Positions 9,836 to 18,980 of a DNA stretch of 18,980 nt are shown piece by piece. The position numbers and the translations under genes were made by a program. Under the pieces are notes generated by a model. The model ran no database searches, had not been told where the DNA came from, and was given only the letters and a program-made list of their open reading frames with translations. The stretch is from Ginkgo biloba (taxonomy: Eukaryota; Plantae; Ginkgophyta): assembly GCA_024626585.2 (NCBI GenBank), contig JANKJI020000004.1, positions 59,899,086 through 59,918,065 on the forward strand, read 5' to 3'. How positions within the stretch are numbered: position 1 is the first letter of the stretch; each line of letters starts with the position of its first letter.

Positions 9836-10054
9836 GGGCTTCTTCGCACTACCTTGTGTCTACAAATAAATCAGACTATGTAAGTCACATTAGTTTTTCT
9901 TAAAGTACCTTCCAAGGTACTTTAAGAAACACCAAAAAATCATATCATTTAATACGGGTTATTTGGATTTAGGCGTAATTGAATCGCTTGATAGAAAGAC
10001 GATATCTAGAATTTTTTATTTTATTTTATTTTAACGGGCAATCGGAAGTGGCCC
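9836..10054. mobile_element. Tourist-like MITE, copy 2 (inverted relative to copy 1)
   Basis: TIRs gggcttcttcgcact ... aatcggaagtggccc, flanked by TTA and TAA. Its reverse complement matches 8588-8645 and 8826-8875. Confidence 0.8.
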
Positions 10055-10489
10055 TAAGTCCATTAAGTCTATTACAAGTGAAGGATTAAAGATCCATGTT
10101 ATACACGATTTAGAATTTAGACGCATTGAGTGTAAATGTCAATTTATTTGCATTCAAGGCAACCGTGAATATTTCATAGATTATTTTCATATTCAAGTGG
10201 AAGGATAGTTAACAGACCAAAACTTGAGAAATAAATTATTAAAATTTGTGCATATGAAATCATTGAAGACACAAATATCCTCAAAACTGTAAGAACTTTC
10301 TAAATCTAGTGATGTGTTTAATCTATTTATTAATCATTATAAGGGTTGTTTGTCATGAGGTGGAGTTTCCATGTTACTAGCTCCAATCAATGAATTAAGT
10401 GCAATGATGTGGAAATAGAGGTTGACCTTTGTAATAAAAAAGTTTAAATTAAGTAATGTTGTAGAGATGGCATTTAAAAATGAAAAACA

Positions 10490-10720
10490 AGCAACGACGT
10501 GGAGTTGGATAGCTACTTAAATATTGTTGATTCAAACATAAACAATTTTCATTTTGTTGCATGGCTTGGAATCATCTCAAATGTTTTTAATTTTTGAGGC
10601 TATACTTATGAGGCAAAATAAAGTACAATAAAATAATTATTTCAGTTTGGAAGCTTATGTTAAAAAATCATAACTATGAAACCAAAATTATAATGTGGAT
10701 TGGAGGTAGACATCAAATAT
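10490..10720 (+). mobile_element. Possible remnant of a hAT transposase C-terminal dimerisation region
   Basis: ELDSYLNIVDSNINNFHFVAW (from 10502) resembles ELDxYL...FDILxWW. A later STIK*LFQFGS weakly resembles STVxSExAFSxGG. Very degenerate. Confidence 0.3.
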
Positions 10721-11030
10721 TATAAGACAAATATCCATAAATGATATGTTATACAAAGCTAAGTGTATATCTAATCACTAACCAACATGATCAATGATCA
10801 CAACCCCATGCTCTTGATGATCCTCCTACCCTAATATTATACTAAAAGGTCAATGGAGGGTTTGTAGAAAAAAAGTTCCTTTATCTTGAAAGTGTGTTAT
10901 AGAACCCTTTCTATCTTTCAACCCTTGAACNNNNNNNNNNNNNNNNNNNNNNNNNNNNNNNNNNNNNNNNNNNNNNNNNNNNNNNNNNNNNNNNNNNNNN
11001 NNNNNNNNNNNNNNNNNNNNNNNNNNNNNN

Positions 11031-11074
11031 ATCTTTTATTTTATTTTACTTTAATGGGAAGTCAGAAGTGGCCC
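11031..11074. mobile_element. Tourist-like MITE, copy 3, one end only
   Basis: ttttattttattttactttaatgggaagtcagaagtggccc|tta matches 10013-10054. The rest is hidden in the N gap 10931-11030. Confidence 0.75.
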
Positions 11075-11399
11075 TTATCCACACATCAAAGATAATAAAA
11101 AAGTTCTCTTCCAGCATATGTCTTCCAAGAGCAATACCTTTCAAATATGATGCCCCCTTTTCTCACAACCTTCGATAAATTTTTAACCATGCTCATTGAT
11201 CACTCGTGCTTATGACATGTTTACTTTAGAGATGGGTAGGTTGGGCAATTTCTTACTATGAGAGTTATAGTTTGTGCAAAAATTAAAATAAAAATCTTAT
11301 AAATAATTTTTGATATCACTCCAAAACATTATATTACCCCTCATCCTCTCACTCTTCTTATTTTGGGTCATTGTAGAGTCCATAAAGCCTTAATATCCC

Positions 11400-12230
11400 G
11401 TTTCTTTTTAAATGTTTTTGAGTTATTCTTTTGCTCTTGAAATTATCTTTAGCATAAAATGCTTGATGTTCACATGGAGAATTACATAGATCCTTCCTAA
11501 CAGGTTCTTTGGCTTGAAATTATGGTAGTGAAACAGAAATTTAAGTACTATGTACATAATTTAAATCAAATTAGGAGCTCTATAGAATTTTTAATATAAA
11601 AAAAAATCTCAAAGCCATATCTCATTCTTTATGTTTGATTTAATGCAATTAGTGTATATATTACTCTCAATTATTATAATGATGATTATTAAATTCTTTT
11701 CTTGGTGGTTTTATTTAACTTCATGCTTCTTAAGAACATTAAATTAGTTGCTATATTAAATGTGTGATCTTCATTTTTAATTATGACATTTAAAAAAAAC
11801 TATTTTATTTAACATTAATGATGGTTAGTAAACATGGCCATTTCTTATGTATAATATTATAGACCATCTAATAATCATTTGTGAAGAATTTATATTTTAT
11901 TGAAGACCATCCACTTAATAAAATCCCAATTCATGAAATCTTTCTACCATAACTTGAATTCAATGCTTCATTATTAACATTTTATCTATTAATGATACTT
12001 ATGAATGAGTTATTATTATGATACCTTTTTTTATTAACATTAAATAGGGGGTGGTTAGACATACTAATTTTTTAATGTAACATAGTATATAGACTATTCA
12101 AATAATAATGTTGCAAAAAAGAATAATGCATTTACTACCTAGTAATTTTTTTTTGAATATTTTTTTTGAAATGACTTATCTTAATTATATTATCTTGATG
12201 GGATATATTGGTCATTAAATAAAATCTCCT
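11400..12230 (-). mobile_element. Probable decayed, internally deleted hAT transposase (DUF659-type)
   Basis: Ordered remnants: YIPS (~12205), SNHPLFNVNKKGIIII (from ~12059), ERFHELG, WPCLLTIIN (from ~11840; WxPCxxHxLN), LRVIYT, CNSPCEH (~11486-11466; CSSSxCER). Many stops. Confidence 0.4.
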
Positions 12231-12730
12231 CTAAAACACTTAAACTTTTGTAACTGTAATCAAATGATTATCCTTTCCTTTTTAGGCTAACCTTAATCTT
12301 CACAATTACAAACAACTCACTCACATACCTTTATAATTTGATAAAGTGATAAAATTTTACAACACTATAAGATAAATTAATGATGACTTGAGCTAGTGGC
12401 TAACAATTATCATTGTATTGTGAATGCTAATATCTAGCTCTTGCTATTTTAAAACCTCATTTGATTGGACAATATTTAATGAACCGATGCACATTATAAC
12501 CTTCNNNNNNNNNNNNNNNNNNNNNNNNNNNNNNNNNNNNNNNNNNNNNNNNNNNNNNNNNNNNNNNNNNNNNNNNNNNNNNNNNNNNNNNNNNNNNNNN
12601 NNNNTATATAGGCATGCCCGCTCTTACAAAATAAAGCATCATCAAAACTAGTGTCAAGAAATAGTGATAGAGGCAATCATTACAAAGTAACATCAATAAT
12701 TACCATAAAAATAGAATTAAGAAAGTAACA

Positions 12731-15700
12731 TGAAGCTTGGTAGAGCAACAGATTTCCTAGCTAACCCTATGGAATCCTTTCTTCCCCTTAGAGGGGGACC
12801 AGAGGAAGTTCCTTACCATATTTTAGAAGTTATTTATATTTCCTTAAATGGGGATGAATAATAGGAGTAGTATAAATGCATTTAATTGAGCACATTTGAG
12901 GCAATCTATAACTGAGAAGGCAGGATCATAAGCCTTGTGCTTCAATAATGTAGCTTCTTTTTTCCTCTATTTATTACATAATTCCACATATTAGTGAGTA
13001 AGGATTGGAAACCAAAGGGGATCCCTAAGAATTTAAATAATTCTCCCATAGAGACCTACACCTAACCATCCTCTACTATCCAATTGGGAATTTCTTTTGT
13101 AGAGCACTAATAGCACATGGTATTTCTCCACTAGATGCTAGATCCTAAATCTTTGCAAAAGGTCATCAAGTAGTTATTTGTGGTAGTAACAAATTCTTCA
13201 AATTATTATAATTTAAGGAAAGAATCATCTATACAATGCACATTAATCATTTGACTCACACTAGGAGGAGGCACATATATGTCCCTCATAGTTCTTCCTA
13301 CCACCCTATTTTCCAAAAGGTATCTAATGGTATCAACAACTAGGAAATATAGAGAAGGTGCCAAATGGAATCCTTTCCTAATAGATATTTGTATCTCAAA
13401 GGGATAATAAAGGATGCCATTAGAGGATATGGTATTTAAAGCATTGGTGAAGAGGGTTTACACAATTTGCACAAAGTGATNNNNNNNNNNCAAATCCCAA
13501 ATCCTTAAGCATCATGAGGATGAAATCACATTCCACTTTGTCATATGATTTATCAAATTCAATATTCATAAACAAAATATCTTGGCTAGACTGATGAGCC
13601 CATTCCATCCCTTCCTAGATTCCAATTATGTTATACATAATGTATCGTCCCTTCATGAATCTAGTTTTCTTAGGTTGAAGAATCAAAGGGAGAAAATACT
13701 TCGCTATTTTAGGTATTTCTTTGGAAATAATCTTGTAGGATACATTCAAAAGAGTAATAGGTCTTTAACTTTTGACTGCCTTAGGGTCACCTTCTTTAGG
13801 AATGAACTAGATATTCCCACTATTAACTATCTTACCTAGGGACCCTTGGGAAATAACTTTCTTATGCACATTGAGGAGAGGGGTTCCAATAAAATATAAG
13901 GTAGATTTATAGAATTCACAAGGGATCCCATCCAACCCTAAACACTTTTTAGTATCCATGTCATCTGAAGAAGCTTTTAGATCCTCTAGAGTGAGGGGGG
14001 CATCATAGAGAGCTTTGTGTGCAAGGTCAACCTTATTGGANNNNNNNNNNCCCTTTAATATTCCTCCATCGCCTCTCTTCTTCGTTCATTGAGGTCTTGG
14101 GCCTAGAATACTATAACATAATGCTCTTAAATGGGGACCAATAAGAGTAGTAGTATACGTTCCTTTCATTGATTACATTTGAGGCAATCTATAGCTGAGA
14201 GGGCAGGATCATGAACCTTGTGCTTCAATAATCTAGGTTCTTTTTCCCTCTATTTATCACATAATTCCACATGTTAGTGAGCAAGGCTTGGAAACTAAAG
14301 GGGATCCCTAAGAATTTGAATAATTCTCCCATAGAGACCCATGCCTAACCATACTCCATTACCTAATTGGGAATTTTGTTTATAGATCACTAATAACATA
14401 GGGTCTTTCTCCACTAGATGTTAGACCCCAAATCTTTGCAAAAGGTNNNNNNNNNNNNNNNNNNNNNNNNNNNNNNNNNNNNNNNNNNNNNNNNNNNNNN
14501 NNNNNNNNNNNNNNNNNNNNNNNNNNNNNNNNNNNNNNNNNNNNNNNNNNNNNNNNNNNNNNNNNNNNNNNNNNNNNNNNNNNNNNNNNNNNNNNNNNNN
14601 NNNNNNNNNNNNNNNNNNNNNNNNNNNNNNNNNNNNNNNNNNNNNNNNNNNNNNNNNNNNNNNNNNNNNNNNNNNNNNNNNNNNNNNNNNNNNNNNNNNN
14701 NNNNNNNNNNNNNNNNNNNNNNNNNNNNNNNNNNNNNNNNNNNNNNNNNNNNNNNNNNNNNNNNNNNNNNNNNNNNNNNNNNNNNNNNNNNNNNNNNNNN
14801 NNNNNNNNNNNNNNNNNNNNNNNNNNNNNNNNNNNNNNNNNNNNNNNNNNNNNNNNNNNNNNNNNNNNNNNNNNNNNNNNNNNNNNNNNNNNNNNNNNNN
14901 NNNNNNNNNNNNNNNNNNNNNNNNNNNNNNNNNNNNNNNNNNNNNNNNNNNNNNNNNNNNNNNNNNNNNNNNNTATTTCGCTATTTTAGGTATTTCTTTG
15001 GAAAGAATATTGTAGGATATATTTAAAAGAGCAATAGGTATTTAACTTATGATAGCCTCAAGGTCACCTTCTTTAGGAATGAACTAGATATTCCCATTAT
15101 TAACTATCTCACCTAGGGACCCTTGGGAAATAACTTCCTTATGCACATTGAATAGAGGGGTTCCAATAAAATATAAGGTAGATTTATAGAATTCGTAATG
15201 GATCCCATCCAACCCCAAGGAATTTATAGTATCCATGTCATATAAAGAATCTTTTAGATCCTCTAAAGTGAGGGGGGCGTCATAGAGAGTTTGTGTGCAG
15301 GGTCAACCTTATTGGAGATCACCCTTTAGTATTCCTCCATCATCTCTCTTCTTCATTCATTAAGGCCTTAGGCCTTGAAGACTATAACATAGTGATCTTA
15401 AGAGGCTGCTATAATTTATTCTAGGGAGGTGATTTGCCTTATTTAGTCTTAAGAGCTTAAATTTGCTCTGTATCTTTCTTTTATTTTAGTGCATAAAATA
15501 ATTATTTGGAAGGTTTATCCTCAAATTTAAGCTAATGTAGTATAGCTCTTACTTGGGCCCCTTTTTCTTTCCTAATTTTGGTCATCTTTATCTCATGGGT
15601 TATCTTGGATTACCTATTCTAAAGACTAGTGTCAAAGGGAGAATACTCTAATTACCATTTAATTTATTTTATCTCTTGCCTGGTAGCCTTCATAGCCTTT

Positions 15701-15817
15701 CTCCTATGGGTAATATGCCTTCCAAAGTCTCTTAATAAGTAAGTGAATCTTGTAATTTCCTAATTATACTAAAGGATCCATTTATAGTCCCCTAATAAAT
15801 GGGGGATCAAGAAAAAT
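12731..15817 (-). mobile_element. Decayed L1-type LINE ORF2 (linker plus reverse transcriptase) with an internal ~1.28-kb tandem duplication
   Basis: KGAQVRAILH*LKFEDKPSK (linker, ~15560-15500); KCLGLDGIPCEFYK..IPKEGD..RPITLLNVSYKIISK (13950-13720, repeated at 15230-15000); MEWAHQSSQDILFMNIEFDKSYDKVE; SIRKGFHLAPSL (IRQGCPLxP); CIDD (FADD site, DD at 13229-13224); FKFLGIPF (~13035). Confidence 0.92.
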
Positions 15818-15848
15818 NNNNNNNNNNNNNNNNNNNNNNNNNNNNNNN

Positions 15849-16693
15849 AGACACATTTAATCTAAAGACAAATCCTCTAGCAAGGAGTTTATTCTCCCCT
15901 TAAGTGATATCCTAGGTATACTCCCTCTTATTTAATGAGAGGGGACTACCAAATTAAATTATTAATGGCCAAAATACCTCTTTTGGGTTCTTCCCCTCTC
16001 TAGATAAGAAGTTATTTACAATATTTCTACGCTCTCTAAATGGACTTAAAAATCAAGGATACAACAACTTGCACTTTAGTATGCATGAGGATAAGGGTCT
16101 ACAAGGGAAGGTTTCTCCAAATTTTTTTTCTATTGATATGGCTTGTCATAATATTATGTCTTATGAGATTTTTTTAGGCCTCTTCTCCCTTAATANNNNN
16201 NNNNNNNNNNNNNNNNNNNNNNNAGACTTTGTCTATTGATGTCCATAATTCCCATCCCTCCTTGAAGCTTGGTAGATCAACAAATTTCCTAAATAACCCT
16301 ATGGAATCCCTTCTTCCCCTTAGAGGGGGACCATAGGAAGTTCCTTACCATATTTTATAAGTTATTTATGTTTCCTTAAAGGGGTACCATTAAGAGGAGT
16401 AGTATACATGCATTTCATTAAGCACATTTGAGGTAATCTATAGNNNNNNNNNNTGAGAAGGCAAGATCATGAGCCTTGTGATTTAGTAATCTAACTTCTT
16501 TTTCCCTCTATTTATCACATAATTTCACATATTAGTGAGTAAGGCTTAGAAACCAAAGGGTATCCCTAAGAATTTGAATAATTCTCCCATAGAGACCCAC
16601 ACCTAACCATACTCCATTACCCGATTGGGAATTCTATTTGTAGAGCACTAATAAAATAAGGTCTTTCTCCACTAGATACTAGACCCCAAATCT
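15849..16693 (-). mobile_element. Third decayed segment of the same LINE (RT thumb to C-terminal region)
   Basis: 16263-16693 is homologous to 12731-13153 and, in part, to 14126-14433. It continues with KLQGGMGIMDINRQ (PKxxGGLGIxD) and KGEEA*KNLIRHNI, which are absent from the 12731 copy. Confidence 0.88.
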
Positions 16694-16819
16694 ATGANNN
16701 NNNNNNNNNNNNNNNNNNNNNNNNNNNNNNNNNNNNNNNNNNNNNNNNNNNNNNNNNNNNNNNNNNNNNNNNNNNNNNNNNNNNNNNNNNNNNNNNNCTC
16801 ATACCCTTATATTCATATT

Positions 16820-17520
16820 TTTTTATTATATATTATTATATCCCTTTCCCCCTCATCACCTAATTTATACAAAACAACCACATACCATGTTGCCTTTAGT
16901 GTTTTATAAAATAAGTCATGCTTCAACCTTTCCATTATACCAATTACATCTTATCACCTACCCTATGACTTATTATTCCATTTTTCATCATTAAATCATG
17001 ACAGAATCCATTTTTAATCCCTTAGGATCCATATTTTTCATCTTAATAAAATATATCATTTAGATTCCATTGTCATATCAAAGTTAAAATCCATTATTTG
17101 TATTCAAAATCTTTTCCACAATTTTGTTACTATTTTGTTTCTAGTCCATCATGCTAAGTATCTACTAAACAAGTCCATTATTAATGTTTAGATATGCAGA
17201 ATTATTTGAACACTCAATTCCATAATTAATGTAGCGAATCAAGCAACTTACACCAATAATTTAGAGTCTTTATTGAAATAACTATATAAAATATCATGTG
17301 TTACCCTTAAGCTAACATTAGCTACACATATGCATCTATTCATCATACCTCACGGATCCCTTCAAGGTAAGGTATTATAATACCAATAGTAACTTTTAAT
17401 CCAAAATCAATATTAGTTTAATATAAATAACCATTTCCATATTAGCTCTAATAATAATCCACATAGTGAGCTAAACATTTTTGTCATTAATTACTAGGAT
17501 TGTTAATATCAATTAGTACA
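16820..17520 (-). mobile_element. Probable second decayed hAT transposase (DUF659-type)
   Basis: Ordered remnants: EGIREV (17363-17346), ANVSLRVTHD (NVVQVxTDN), ILHI*TLIMD, YILLR, FNDEKW (16995-16978), DLFYKTL..VVLYKLGD (FWxx..PLxxVLRxxD). Confidence 0.4.
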
Positions 17521-18309
17521 AGACCACTATATTAATAACATTAAACTATATTTTAAGACCATCATATTATACCCTAAGGGAGTTGCCAAGAAATTTATAC
17601 AAAATCATGTGAGTTCAAAGTATATGTATTATTTATTAACAAAATGTATGATTCATACTAGTAATAAAGGTGTAAAAATAGGTTAGAGGTAATTTTTATC
17701 TATAATTTATGCATGTATGTATATTGAGACATTTCCAATTAGTAATGCCCTAATATTAGACCTATCATTGTAATAATGAAATTCTATATAGTAAAGGTTG
17801 TGTTATTCTATTCCTTTTATATTATACAATTATCCCTTAAGGGTAGGACTTGAACAACCTCTAGTGAGTTGTATATGACCACAAGACATATCNNNNNNNN
17901 NNNNNNNNNNNNNNNNNNNNNNNNNTATATATAAGTGGGAATTTTTTTTCTCCATTATAGGCCAATTCATTATCTCCTCCTCTTCTATCTCTTTGTTAAA
18001 TATTAACATGAATTACTCTACACCAAGTTGTGATCTAGCCTTAAGCCAATATGAGTCATCGCTTCTAATAATATGAATAATATAATAATATATCATCATT
18101 TAATTTCAATTCTAAATTTAGTCCACAAATAAACTACTTTCTAATGCATTATATATATATAATCCTTTATTTATCNNNNNNNNNNNNNNNNNNNNNNNNN
18201 NNNNNNNNNNNNNNNNNNNNNNNNNNNNNNNNNNNNNNNNNNNNNNNNNNNNNNNNNNNNNNNNNNNNNNNNNNNNNNNNNNNNNNNNNNNNNNNNNGGA
18301 TTAACTAGG

Positions 18310-18800
18310 TGGGTGTGTTAGAAATAACCATTATTTTAATTTTCAATAATTAATATTTTCTCATCTACCATATGTCATCTTCCTCTTACCTAATATCCAA
18401 CTAGAGGACCCAAATACCATGATTGATCTTGATTTATTGAGAGACTATCAATAAAATCCAAATAAATCCTCCTCATGATGAAAGTTGATCAAGGAAGAAG
18501 GTTCCTATATAATTATATACAAATGTTCTAATCCTTCCATAAACAAAGAATAAAGTAGTTATGAGGATCTATTATTTCAAACTTGAAGGAAAATAGTTTT
18601 AAGGATGTGACTTATTGAAGTAAACATTAGCTAAAATAATTACTCTATATTAGAGATCACCTCAAGAGAAAATATTGAGATTTATCTTGGCCTCCTTAGA
18701 TAAACACCCCACTTATTTTACCTCCTCTCTTACATTGCAATAATTATATAGTTTCATTTATCTTAATACAAAGTTTTTAAGGACTAATAGCCCTCCATAT
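18310..18800 (-). mobile_element. Possible heavily decayed LTR-retrotransposon RT remnant
   Basis: IIIAM*ERGKI, then FPSSLK, then LSINQDQSWYLGPLVGY*V..MVDEKI loosely follow gypsy RT motif order. No intact YxDD. Confidence 0.2.
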
Positions 18801-18980
18801 ACCTGTTTCATTCATCTATCTAATGGTTTTTGGTGATATATACATTATGACTATTTTTATTTTGAAATACTATATTGAATATACAATGGGGATTTCAATG
18901 TGTTACAGAACATATAATTCCATGCATCTTATGTTGCGGTTCACATCAATTTATCCTATGGAAACTTAGATGTATTAAAA

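Noticed and set aside
10688-11335. Weak ~40-nt inverted similarity between 10688-10727 and 11295-11335
   Set aside because: Gapped, AT-rich, does not extend, and no TSD was found.
1-18980. CRISPR arrays, rRNA/tRNA genes, or a prokaryote-style operon or defence system
   Set aside because: No repeat-spacer array, structural RNA signature or operon organisation. The RT and methyltransferase motifs belong to decayed LINE and TRM11 copies.

Overview
Land-plant nuclear DNA from a gappy draft assembly with many N runs. A gymnosperm-type source is my impression only. The single near-intact host gene is a minus-strand LRR receptor-like kinase of the PEPR1/INRPK1-like type (LRR-XI), from ATG 2397 off the left edge. 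It has a signal peptide, about 26 LRRs, a GNPGLC cap and a transmembrane helix; any kinase domain lies outside the window. The ORF track misses its 3' two-thirds (1566..1, no stops). The frame is broken only by one in-frame TGA (1569-1567) inside a ~100-nt scrambled LRR pair that could be spliced out as a GT-AG intron. Upstream lie a decayed TRM11 tRNA methyltransferase fragment joined in frame to a SWEET transporter fragment, a decayed Ty3/gypsy pol, and a 5'-end-only paralogue of the RLK bracketed by two inverted Tourist/PIF-Harbinger-type MITEs. Further on are a third MITE end, probable hAT transposase remnants and tandem L1-type LINE ORF2 segments. I see no evidence for an intact novel multi-gene system; the interest lies in the RLK lesion, the chimeric gene fragments and the MITE-bracketed RLK fragment. 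All family assignments come from manual translation and recalled motifs, not database searches.
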